A stretch of DNA of 64,000 bases. It comes from an uncultured Acidobacteriota bacterium. Its GTDB lineage: Bacteria > Actinomycetota > Acidimicrobiia > Spongiisociales > ZC4RG35. The stretch's first letter is position 1, and the number at the start of each line of letters is the position of its first letter. The translations under genes were made by a program, and so were the position numbers. Under the pieces are notes generated by a model that saw only the letters and a list, made by a program, of their open reading frames with translations, made no database searches and was not told the DNA's origin. The stretch is taken from NCBI GenBank assembly GCA_963828465.1, contig CAWHEU010000002.1, positions 128,001 to 192,000 of the forward strand. Direction: 5' to 3'. Below are positions 51,423-59,919 of the stretch, in pieces.

Positions 51423-52397
51423 ATGACCGGTCTTCGCCCGCCGCCCAAGGCAGAAACCACGAGCCGGGTCTTCCTGCGGTTCGTGGTGCTCGTCCTCCTA
51501 TTGATCGCGGCCGGGGCGGCGATCTGGACGACGGTCACCCTCGATCGCATCGAGCTCATCGAAGACGTTTCGCTCGGGGATCTAGAGAACGACACCGTCG
51601 AGACCACCAACGGCACGGTTCTCAATGTCGTGAGACAGGGAGAAGGGGCTGTTCCTCTCGTGCTGCTTCACGACGTCGACGTGGCCGGAGGGGTGATCTG
51701 GGACGGGGTGGTTGACGAGCTCGACCCGAGATTCTCGGTGATGCGAGTCGATCTCCCAGGTTTCGGCCTCAGCGCCCGGATCCCCGAAGAGGGGAGCCGG
51801 CACACCGTCGCCTCGATGGCCGAGGAGGTCTCTGACGTCATCCAGCAGTCCTTCGGCCAGCCTGCAGTCGTCGCCGGCATCGGGCTCGGGGGCGAGGTTG
51901 CCGCCGAGATAGCTGTGACCCACCCCGATCTCGTTGCCGGCCTGGTCATGCTCGATGTCGACTTCTTCAAACCCCGGGCATGGGACGAATTCGTCGAGAG
52001 GCTGCCGTGGGTTGGCATTGCGGCCACTTACGCCCTCGAGACCGGTGGACCGTTCGCCGCCGGTCGCTGGGCACCCAATTGTGAGAGTGGAGGATGGTGC
52101 CCGACACCCAGCCAGGTCCAGGCACGGGATAGGGCCGAGACCATCGTGGACACATCCGAGTCGATTCATTTCTTCCGCCGGACTCCGGCCGCCTCACAGG
52201 TGCCATCGAAGCTGGGCGAGATCAACACGCCAACCAGCTATCTCTGGAGCCAGGCCGGAGATGTCCCGCGGGAATCGGTCGACCGGGTCCAGGAGGCCAT
52301 GCCGGCCGCAACAGTCGAAGTGGTGACCGAGGCGTGGAAGGCACATCTGGACACCCCGGGAGTCGTGGCGTCGACCATCGCCGGCTTCCTGCAGTAG
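51423..52397 (+). CDS. Membrane-anchored alpha/beta hydrolase-fold protein, apparently non-catalytic
   Basis: N-terminal TM segment and DLPGFGLS. GIGLGG stands in place of GxSxG and LLHD in place of LHG. Confidence 0.8.
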   Translation: MTGLRPPPKAETTSRVFLRFVVLVLLLIAAGAAIWTTVTLDRIELIEDVSLGDLENDTVETTNGTVLNVVRQGEGAVPLVLLHDVDVAGGVIWDGVVDELDPRFSVMRVDLPGFGLSARIPEEGSRHTVASMAEEVSDVIQQSFGQPAVVAGIGLGGEVAAEIAVTHPDLVAGLVMLDVDFFKPRAWDEFVERLPWVGIAATYALETGGPFAAGRWAPNCESGGWCPTPSQVQARDRAETIVDTSESIHFFRRTPAASQVPSKLGEINTPTSYLWSQAGDVPRESVDRVQEAMPAATVEVVTEAWKAHLDTPGVVASTIAGFLQ

Positions 52398-52399
52398 CC

Positions 52400-53416
52400 C
52401 TAGCGCGCCTCGAACTCGACGGTGTGGACCAGGTTGTTGGCGTAGCCCTTCTCGTTCCACTGCGGGCTCATCGGTTGGCTGTTCCCGGCCGAGTCCGTGG
52501 CCCTGGCCATCACCGTGTGCTTGCCCGGGACGACGACCACCTCATGTCGCCAGGCGACTGCCGCCAGTGGACCCGAGCCCGTTGACATCTCTGCGGCGTG
52601 CCAGGTCTCTGCCCGATCCATCGAGACCACGACATCCTCGACAGGCCCGCTGCCTGACCATGCCGAGCCCATGATCACGACAGGCCCGGCCGGGACCGAC
52701 TCCCCGTGGCCGGGTGACGCGATCACCGACCTCACCTGGATCTCCGCAACCGGTGACGCCTGCTCGAACCTGTCGTCGCCGAGATATCGGTAGCGTTTGA
52801 CGAAATGGCCGGCGAAAGGCTCGACTACCCCTTCGATAGTGGCCAGCCACTTGACCGACCGCATCGCGTAGTGCCCTGGCAATACGAACCGGATCGGCCC
52901 TCCGTGCTCCATCCCCAGCGGTTCGTCGGCCCAACGGGTGACGAGGAGCGAAGACCCGTCTTTCACCCGGTCGATGGGAACCGAGAACTGATAGTTGACA
53001 TCCCCCTCCGGCCACACCGTGCCGCGATCGGACCCGGTCAGAACGAGCTCGGCGACATCGTCGGGTACCGGCCCGAGGGCATCTACGAGCCGCACACCGC
53101 CGAGCCTGATCGGGGACGCGCCGCCGAGGCCCCATGCCAGACCGCTCACCGCTGGCCGGACCAACGACCTGCCGTTGCCGGCGCATTCCAGGACCATCTC
53201 GACCTCGACCTGCTCCAGTTCCGCCAGGGTCTCCACGGACAGGCTCCGTTGCGGAATGCCCGGGAGCAGGACATCGACAACCTCTGGGACGTCGTCCGGG
53301 AAGGGGAAGCTGTTACGGAGATAGGCCCGATCCTGGGGGAGGGGACGCCCGTCGAACGCGGTCATGGGCACGCCGGCGTTGGGGGGCGATGTGGTGATGT
53401 ACTCGAGATCGGACAC
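52400..53416 (-). CDS. Sulfite oxidase family molybdoenzyme (catalytic plus Mo-co dimerisation domain)
   Basis: LECAGNGRS, EHGGPIR, SVKWL, ARATDSAGNSQP, WNEKGY. Confidence 0.88.
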   Translation of the reverse strand: MSDLEYITTSPPNAGVPMTAFDGRPLPQDRAYLRNSFPFPDDVPEVVDVLLPGIPQRSLSVETLAELEQVEVEMVLECAGNGRSLVRPAVSGLAWGLGGASPIRLGGVRLVDALGPVPDDVAELVLTGSDRGTVWPEGDVNYQFSVPIDRVKDGSSLLVTRWADEPLGMEHGGPIRFVLPGHYAMRSVKWLATIEGVVEPFAGHFVKRYRYLGDDRFEQASPVAEIQVRSVIASPGHGESVPAGPVVIMGSAWSGSGPVEDVVVSMDRAETWHAAEMSTGSGPLAAVAWRHEVVVVPGKHTVMARATDSAGNSQPMSPQWNEKGYANNLVHTVEFEAR

Positions 53417-53427
53417 TTCGGCTGAAC

Positions 53428-54075
53428 CTATCGCGTCGATTCCTTGTCTCCTGCATTGAGCGTTTGGCCCACCCATTCCGCCCAACGGCGGGTCAGGTCG
53501 TCGACGGCGGCGCGGTCGGTGCCGGTGGCATGTAGCGCAGGGCCGATGATCACGTCGACGCGCCCTTTTCGGAACTTGTTGTCGACTCCGAAGACCTGGT
53601 CGGTCCCGTTGACTGCAACGGCCACCAATGGCACGCCGGTGCGGGCTGCCAACCAAGCCGCCCCGGGCTTGAACCCGGCATCACCGAATGTCTCCACGCG
53701 GATGCCCTCGGGAAACAGACCGACCACGCCCCCGGATTCGAGATGGGCCAGGCATTGACGCACCGTGCCCAGCGGGACAGTGCCGCGGCGAACGGTGATG
53801 GCCTCCCAACCATGGAGGGCCCAGTCGAGAGACTTGTGGTTCCCGAAGAGGTCGATGAGGGCGATGAACCGGGCGCGTTTCCCGTAGATCGCTCCGACCA
53901 GAGGAGGGTCGAGAAAGGAATAGTGGTTGGCGGCCAGGACGAACGGAGGAGTGGGGAACCCCGGCCCCCGGTCGACCCTCAGCCCCCACAGGATCCTGGC
54001 TCCGAGCCTTATCGCAGGGAGCGAGATCAACCACCACAGACGATGCCTGGGTTTCGACGGGACGGGCAGGGTCAA
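53428..54075 (-). CDS. 1-acyl-sn-glycerol-3-phosphate (lysophospholipid) acyltransferase
   Basis: ANHYSFLD, FPEG, FKPGAA. Confidence 0.88.
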   Translation of the reverse strand: MTLPVPSKPRHRLWWLISLPAIRLGARILWGLRVDRGPGFPTPPFVLAANHYSFLDPPLVGAIYGKRARFIALIDLFGNHKSLDWALHGWEAITVRRGTVPLGTVRQCLAHLESGGVVGLFPEGIRVETFGDAGFKPGAAWLAARTGVPLVAVAVNGTDQVFGVDNKFRKGRVDVIIGPALHATGTDRAAVDDLTRRWAEWVGQTLNAGDKESTR

Positions 54076-55040
54076 GGGAGTAGCAGGACCTTGCCGGTGG
54101 TCTGTCTTCCCTCCAACGCCCGATGGGCATCGGCGGCGTTGGCCAGTGGGTACTCGTGGCCGATGCGCACTTCGACCTCTCCAGATTGAACCCAGGAAAA
54201 GAGGTCGGAGCACCGCGACAGCAGCTCATCCCTGGTCTGGAGGTAGTGCGCCATCGTTGGTCGGGTCAGGAACAGCGAGCCCTTCTGCGAGAGGAGAAGG
54301 GGGGCGATCTCGGGCGGCGGGCCAGATGCGTTGCCAAATGTCACCATCATTCCCCGGGGCCGGAGCAGATCGAGGCCGTTCATGAACGTGTCGGCGCCGA
54401 CTCCGTCGTAGACCACATCGAGCGGCTTGGGCCCGGCGATCTCCTCGACCTGGTCCTTGAAGTCGGTCTGTGTGTACACGATGACGTGGTCCGATCCCGC
54501 TTCCCGGCTCAATTCGGCCTTGTCCGCGCTTCCCACCGTGGTGAACACCTCGGCGCCGAGCATCTTGGCGATCTGGGTGAGGAGAAGCCCGACGCCCCCT
54601 GCGCCGGCATGGATGAGGCACTTGCTGCCTGGGCGGAGCGGGAACGTGTCCGTGGCCAGATAGTGGGCCGTGAGACCCTGCAACAGGACGGCGGCCACCG
54701 TCCTCGAGTCGAGGCCATCCGGGATGGGCACCGCCCGATCGGCAGGTATCGCATGCCGTTCCGCGTAGGAACCGCGCACGTCGGTCCACCCCACCCTGTC
54801 TCCGATCCGGAAGCCCGCGACGTCGTCGCCGACCGCTGACACGGCACCGGCCCCTTCCTGACCCGGGATGAAGGGGAGGGTCGCGTCGTAGAGACCGCGC
54901 CGGTGGTAGATGTCGACGTAGTTCACCCCGGCCGCCGTCACGTCGACCAGCAGCTCCCCGGGACCCGCCACCGGCTCGGTCATCTCGTCGAGGACCAGGT
55001 TCTCGGGGCCACCGAGCGCGGGAACGATTATTGCCTTCAC
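54072..55040 (-). CDS. qor: NADPH:quinone oxidoreductase (zeta-crystallin family)
   Basis: GVNYVD, HAGAGGVG, VVYDGVG, KGSLFLTRP, TTGKVLL. Confidence 0.9.
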   Translation of the reverse strand: MKAIIVPALGGPENLVLDEMTEPVAGPGELLVDVTAAGVNYVDIYHRRGLYDATLPFIPGQEGAGAVSAVGDDVAGFRIGDRVGWTDVRGSYAERHAIPADRAVPIPDGLDSRTVAAVLLQGLTAHYLATDTFPLRPGSKCLIHAGAGGVGLLLTQIAKMLGAEVFTTVGSADKAELSREAGSDHVIVYTQTDFKDQVEEIAGPKPLDVVYDGVGADTFMNGLDLLRPRGMMVTFGNASGPPPEIAPLLLSQKGSLFLTRPTMAHYLQTRDELLSRCSDLFSWVQSGEVEVRIGHEYPLANAADAHRALEGRQTTGKVLLLP

Positions 55041-55456
55041 GGTCGCTCCACGTTCCATCCTCGGCTCTTCAGCTCTAGTGCCAACAGCTCGTCACTGATG
55101 AAAGAGAGGTCGGGCACCCTGGCATCGGCGCCGAGGCATCGCTCCACAGGGTCTCTGAGGGTCCGAGCCCAGGCCTTTCCCTTCGCCTCCGCCTCCAGCG
55201 TGAGCGTGGAATCGGGATTGACTGTGTACACCCGGGCCGTGATCTGTGGGTTGGCCCGGGAGCCTCGTTCGCCATAGACCAAGAGGGTGGCGCCCATCGG
55301 CAGGTCCTGTATCCCCCCGGTTGCCACGAATGGCCCATCGAAGGCCCAACCCGACGCCCTGGTGTCGTCCACCGACTCCACCACCTTCGCCCAGTTCTTG
55401 TGACGTTCGTCTCCGACCTGGGGGACGTCGACCGCCACCATCACCATTTCGCCCAT
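55037..55456 (-). CDS. Hypothetical protein
   Basis: TACCCT-N6-ATG leaderless start. Translationally coupled to qor. Confidence 0.75.
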   Translation of the reverse strand: MGEMVMVAVDVPQVGDERHKNWAKVVESVDDTRASGWAFDGPFVATGGIQDLPMGATLLVYGERGSRANPQITARVYTVNPDSTLTLEAEAKGKAWARTLRDPVERCLGADARVPDLSFISDELLALELKSRGWNVERP

Positions 55457-55522
55457 ATGCCGAGGGTAGGCGAAGGCAGCCGGGAGTCGCGAGGTGATGT
55501 CGGTACGCTTTAGGCTCGACCT

Positions 55523-56521
55523 ATGGCCAAGCTTCGCCTCTTCGCAAACCTCCGGGAACTGGCCGGCACGTCGCGACTCGATGTGCCCTCCGAAACCGTA
55601 GGCGGGGTGATCGAGGCGGCATCGGAGAAGTTCGGGCCTGATTTCCGCCGAGGGGTGGAGACGTCACGGGTTTGGGTCAACGGTGAGGCGGCGTCGATGG
55701 ACGACAGCGTCACCGAGCACGACGAGGTGGTGTTGATACCTCCCGTCTCGGGTGGGGATCAGCCGGCCACCACTTTCTCCGCCTTGGACCTGATGGCGTT
55801 CCTGCCCGCCGCGGTCGCCATCGTGGCGATTCTCGCCAACACCCAGGGCCAGGAAGTATGGGCTGCCGTCCTCGTTCTCATCGTGGCCATATGGGCGCTG
55901 GACATCGGGACGTCGTTCGCGGCCAGGGGCCGGGAGTTCGCCTCGCTTGCCGTAGTGGTCACGGCCGCCGGGTCCGCCATGGCCGCCCACGTCGCCGGAG
56001 GCGGCGGGTATGCCCTGGCTCTGGTCATCGCCGCGGTCGTGAGCCTCGGTTGGGCCGTGGCTTTCCCTCAATACCGGCACGTGGACGTGTTGAGCCCGAC
56101 CGTGATGGTCTCTCTCCTCGGCGGGTTGGGCACGGCGTCGCTCGTGCTCGCCCGGTCCGCTCACACGCCTGAGGCGAATGCGGTCGATGTCTTCCTCGTG
56201 TCCGTCATCGCCGCTGTGGGTCTCAGTGCGATTGTCGAGCGGATCAATCCCATACCGCTCCTCGACCCCTTCTCGGTCACCGCTCTCGGTGCGGTTCTGG
56301 CCTCGGTCGCCGCCGCTGTGATCTGGGACCTATCCGTCGTTTCCTATCTCCTCGTCGGTCTGGGGATCGCGGTGGCGCTGCTGGCAGGCAGAGGTCTGTC
56401 GTCCATGTTGCGAATGGGCCGGGTAGTCCTGACGGAGCGACCACCGGGGGCGCTGGTCAGCCTCGATGGGGTCGCTCTTGCCGCTGCCATCTATTACCCG
56501 TTGCTGCTCCTGGTCTTGTGA
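55523..56521 (+). CDS. MoaD/ThiS ubiquitin-like domain fused to a polytopic membrane domain (degenerate CdsA-like)
   Basis: LRLFANLRELAG...VWVNG...DEVVLIPPVSGG, then about 8 TM segments ending SLDGVALAAAIYY. Confidence 0.8.
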   Translation: MAKLRLFANLRELAGTSRLDVPSETVGGVIEAASEKFGPDFRRGVETSRVWVNGEAASMDDSVTEHDEVVLIPPVSGGDQPATTFSALDLMAFLPAAVAIVAILANTQGQEVWAAVLVLIVAIWALDIGTSFAARGREFASLAVVVTAAGSAMAAHVAGGGGYALALVIAAVVSLGWAVAFPQYRHVDVLSPTVMVSLLGGLGTASLVLARSAHTPEANAVDVFLVSVIAAVGLSAIVERINPIPLLDPFSVTALGAVLASVAAAVIWDLSVVSYLLVGLGIAVALLAGRGLSSMLRMGRVVLTERPPGALVSLDGVALAAAIYYPLLLLVL

Positions 56522-56605
56522 GCTCCACCGACGACGCCGCAAGCGTTTGCATCTAGGCCGAATCCGAGTAGAGCAAAACGGCGTCACGGGTTAGCCTTCC
56601 CGCCG

Positions 56606-57694
56606 ATGCGTGCCCAGACGCCGATCCGCGTCGTCACCCTTCTCACCGTCACCGGTCTGGTCGCTGTCCTCTTCCCCCTCGCCGGCCAGGCGGTGACCAA
56701 GACCCAGGTCGAGGAGGCTTGCGCCGATTCTCGTGCCCAACTCGAGGAGTATCGGTCCGCCCAGGAAGCGTTCGAGGTCGCGGCCCACGAATACGAAGGC
56801 GCCGTGATCGAAGTCGATCGCGTGGAGAGGAAACAGGAGTCCGTGGCGGGCTCGGTGTCCAGCCACACCGAGGATCTGGATGAGATCCAGACCAGGATCG
56901 AGGAACAGGCCGTGGAGCTCTACATGCGAGGCGGGCTGGCCAGCCCGGGCATCATCTTCTCGGCTTCGTCGGTCGACGAATTCATGACCACCTCCGAATT
57001 CCTCACCACCGCCGCCACCGGGGGTCAGGAGTCGCTTGATGAGCTGGTCGCCGCCCGTAGCGAGCTGAATCGGTTCCAGGCCGTCCTCGACGACACCCGT
57101 GTCGAGCTGGAGGCGGTGGAGGCCCAAAAGCTCGATGCCCGGAGCAATCAGGAAGCGGCGATGGAGGCCGAGCAGGCGGCGTATGCCCAGTTGTCCGGCC
57201 GATGCAAGGAGCTCGCCACTGAGTACGACCGCGAGCAGGCGGAGCTGGCGGCACGGGCCCGGCAGCGAGCTTCCGGCTCGGTGCAGGTCGGCTCTTTCAT
57301 CTGCCCCTTCACCCCCGGGCGCACGTCGTTCATCGACTCCTGGGGGGCGTCGAGATCAGGGGGGCGCGCCCACAAAGGGACAGACCTGTTCGCCGCCTGG
57401 AACGAGCCGATGTACGCGGTCACCTCAGGTCGCGTCTCGCTTGGCAGCAGCGGGCTCGGTGGCAACACGATCTGGCTGCTGGCCGACAATGGGATCGCCT
57501 ATTACTACGCCCACCTCTCCGATTTCAACGTCGCCTCGGGATCGTCGGTCAGCCAGGGCCAGACGATCGGATTCAACGGTGACAGTGGAAACGCCAGGGG
57601 TGGCTCACCGCACCTCCACTTCGAGATCCACCCCGGTGGACGGGGCTCGTCCGCCGTCAACCCCTATGCAACGCTGGCAGGGGCATGCAGGTAG
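56606..57694 (+). CDS. Coiled-coil plus M23 peptidoglycan endopeptidase
   Basis: Signal peptide, long coiled coil, HKGTD, YYAHL, PHLHFEI. Confidence 0.92.
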   Translation: MRAQTPIRVVTLLTVTGLVAVLFPLAGQAVTKTQVEEACADSRAQLEEYRSAQEAFEVAAHEYEGAVIEVDRVERKQESVAGSVSSHTEDLDEIQTRIEEQAVELYMRGGLASPGIIFSASSVDEFMTTSEFLTTAATGGQESLDELVAARSELNRFQAVLDDTRVELEAVEAQKLDARSNQEAAMEAEQAAYAQLSGRCKELATEYDREQAELAARARQRASGSVQVGSFICPFTPGRTSFIDSWGASRSGGRAHKGTDLFAAWNEPMYAVTSGRVSLGSSGLGGNTIWLLADNGIAYYYAHLSDFNVASGSSVSQGQTIGFNGDSGNARGGSPHLHFEIHPGGRGSSAVNPYATLAGACR

Positions 57695-57704
57695 CCTGCC
57701 TCCC

Positions 57705-58235
57705 GTGAGCGAGCATCGTCGCAGAATCGACACCGTTCTCGAGCCGGATTATCTGGCCGACATCTCCGAGGCCGACCTCGATGAGCTGCGGAGGCGCCGG
57801 GAGTCCGCCGAGGACGTCGAGGCGCAGATCTCGTATTACCGCCGTCTGCTCCATGGAAGGGTGGATCTGCTCAATTTCGAGCTACGCCGGCGCAGCGGGC
57901 AGGAGGAGCGGAGTCTGATCGAGGCATTGCCCGAGATCCTGGCCTCAGGGATGACCTTCGGCAACGAGCCCAACCTGCGACATCTCGACCCGATGCCTCC
58001 GATCCCGGCCACCACGGGCCGGCGACTCATCGACAAGATCATGGATGACGGGATCCTCACACAGCTTCCGGAGCTGACCGACGATGAGCTCACCGAGGCG
58101 ATCGACCGCGTGCAGGAGGTGGAGGCCGAGCTCTCGGCACAGCGGCGCCAGCTGCATGTGGTGATCGACGCCCTCCAGGACGAGATCATCGCCCGCTATC
58201 GGAGCCAGCAGGGCGAAGCTCAGCCAGCGGGCTGA
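57705..58235 (+). CDS. rsiG: RsiG/AmfC-like c-di-GMP-binding anti-sigma factor
   Basis: Two ExxxSxxRxxx(H)xxxD motifs (EAQISYYRRLLHGRVD, EAELSAQRRQLHVVID), RRIDTVLEPDYL and EIIARYR. TAGCCT -10 with a leaderless GTG. Confidence 0.82.
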   Translation: MSEHRRRIDTVLEPDYLADISEADLDELRRRRESAEDVEAQISYYRRLLHGRVDLLNFELRRRSGQEERSLIEALPEILASGMTFGNEPNLRHLDPMPPIPATTGRRLIDKIMDDGILTQLPELTDDELTEAIDRVQEVEAELSAQRRQLHVVIDALQDEIIARYRSQQGEAQPAG

Positions 58236-58238
58236 AGG

Positions 58239-59192
58239 TTGCTCGCGGCCAGAACACGTTCGGGTCTGGTCGAGACGATGCACGACGGGGCGGTCGCCGT
58301 TGTGTCCGCCGACGGTGCTTTGGTGGCCCATTCGGGCGACATCGACCAACCCTTCTTCCTCCGGTCCGCCGCCAAGCCGTTTCAGGCTCTCGTTTCGCAA
58401 GAGCACGGGGCGGCCCTGGGGCCTCTCGAGCTCGCCCTCTCCTGTGCGTCCCACGACGGTCATCCCGTGCACGTCGCCCTGGTCGAGTCGATGCTCGCCC
58501 GCGTCGGGCTCCGGGAGACCGATCTCCAATGCCCGCCGAGCTGGCCACTGTCGGCAGAAGCCGAGACCCGACTCCGGATGGAGATGGGAAGCAGTGGCGA
58601 GCCACGCCCGATCTGGCACGACTGTTCCGGCAAACACGCGGGTTGGCTCCGGGCTTGTCAGACACAAGGTTGGATGATCGATGGCTATCTGGCCCCGGAT
58701 CACCCCCTCCAGGTGGCGATCACCGATCTGATCGCCGATCTGAGTGGCTTTCCGGTTTCGCCGGTGGGGGTGGACGGTTGTGGGGCGCCCGTCCATCGCA
58801 CGACCACCCGGGCCATGGCGACTCTCTACGCCCGCCTCGCATCGCTCCCACGGCTCAGGGAGGTCTTCGAGACAATGCATCGCTATCCGGCGCTGGTATC
58901 GGGCACCGGCAATGGTGATGCATCGATCGGGAGTGCACTGAACACAGCTGCCAAACGAGGGGCGGCCGGCTGCATCGGTGTGGCACTCGATGGAAGGTTG
59001 GGTATTGCGGTCAAGTCCTGGGACGGGATCCAGGAGGTCGCCGATGCCGCGGCGATCGCCACTCTCGCCGGGTTGGGAGAGATGCCACCAATTGCAGGAG
59101 ATCGTCTCGCCTCGCTTGCCCGGCCCACGGTCCTCGGCGGTGGCCGTCCCGTAGGCGAGCTCGAGCCGACTGTGGATTTGCAATGGGCATGA
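58239..59192 (+). CDS. L-asparaginase II (rhizobial AnsA-type) family protein
   Basis: RSGLVE..H, RSAAKPFQA, CASH, CSGKHAG, VDGCGAP. Confidence 0.88.
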   Translation: MLAARTRSGLVETMHDGAVAVVSADGALVAHSGDIDQPFFLRSAAKPFQALVSQEHGAALGPLELALSCASHDGHPVHVALVESMLARVGLRETDLQCPPSWPLSAEAETRLRMEMGSSGEPRPIWHDCSGKHAGWLRACQTQGWMIDGYLAPDHPLQVAITDLIADLSGFPVSPVGVDGCGAPVHRTTTRAMATLYARLASLPRLREVFETMHRYPALVSGTGNGDASIGSALNTAAKRGAAGCIGVALDGRLGIAVKSWDGIQEVADAAAIATLAGLGEMPPIAGDRLASLARPTVLGGGRPVGELEPTVDLQWA

Positions 59193-59608
59193 GAGAGGTG
59201 CTCGAGCGTCGAATCGAGCGATGGCTCGCCGACCCCGATTCGAGCGTCGAGTACGCCGAAGAGGTCGAGGGCCGCTGGGCGGTGCGGATGCGGCAGGAGG
59301 TGCGCGACGCCACCACCACTTGGTTCACGATCGGGCAGCGCAGCCTCGAGTACGAGGCATACGTCCTGCCGGCGGAAGAGGCCGGCAGCGAGTTGTTGAG
59401 GCAGGCGTTGCAGAGGAACATGAAAGGGTGGCGGTCGTACTTCGCCCTCGACCAAGAGGGCGGGCTGGTGCTGCGCGGGCGACTTGCCGAGCCTCAGGTG
59501 ACCGACCTCGAGCTCGACCTTGTCCTGGGCGAGATCTATGACGCCATCGAGGTCGGCTTCCGACCATTACTCCGCTCCCTCATCGCAGGTCGCGAAAATT
59601 CCGGTTAG
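59189..59608 (+). CDS. YbjN domain (T3SS chaperone-like) protein
   Basis: ALQRN, FALDQEGGLVLRGRL, ELDLVLG. ATGA-coupled to the upstream gene. Confidence 0.75.
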   Translation: MREVLERRIERWLADPDSSVEYAEEVEGRWAVRMRQEVRDATTTWFTIGQRSLEYEAYVLPAEEAGSELLRQALQRNMKGWRSYFALDQEGGLVLRGRLAEPQVTDLELDLVLGEIYDAIEVGFRPLLRSLIAGRENSG

Positions 59609-59613
59609 AAACT

Positions 59614-59649
59614 TGTGAACAAACCCATGTGGACAAAGCCTGTGGAAAG
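59614..59649 (-). promoter_or_regulatory. Cluster of three co-oriented DnaA boxes
   Basis: TTGTTCACA (59614-22), TTGTCCACA (59628-36) and CTTTCCACA (59641-49) on the minus strand, 13-14 bp apart. Confidence 0.65.
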
Positions 59650-59748
59650 TGGCGATTCCTGTTGGTAACGCCGATCGAGGCCGAATCGGCGCCCTATTTG
59701 GTGATGCTGAGCGTTACTTGGCGTTAGACGGCGTCCAGGCCGGGGTCG

Positions 59749-59777
59749 TTGCTTCCAGGCCGCAGAACCCGTACCTT
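59749..59777 (+). promoter_or_regulatory. SigmaA-type promoter
   Basis: TTGCTT-N17-TACCTT. Confidence 0.6.
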
Positions 59778-59784
59778 TGGCGCT

Positions 59785-59869
59785 GCGAACGCCCGAGAGG
59801 CAAACCAGAGAACCGTCCGTTCGGGGAAGTGCGGAGGAGGCTCAGGTAGGTCACTCGGGCGTTTGTTTT
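59785..59869 (+). ncRNA. Candidate ~85-nt hairpin small RNA of unrecognised family
   Basis: 5' CGAACGCCCGAG pairs with 3' CTCGGGCGTTTG, followed by TTTT. Inner stems are present, a promoter lies directly upstream, and there is no credible ORF. Confidence 0.55.
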
Positions 59870-59919
59870 CATGCGGGCTCGCCGGATGGCACCAGTCTCG
59901 ATCCGGTACGATCGGTAAC

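Noticed and set aside
59600-59660. Replication origin
   Set aside because: Only three boxes, no unwinding element, and no dnaA/dnaN context.
59785-59869. SRP (4.5S) RNA, 6S RNA or c-di-GMP-I riboswitch
   Set aside because: It lacks the SRP CAGG/AGCA internal loop, is too short for 6S, and has no GAAA tetraloop or GACGCAAAGC after GGCAAACC.
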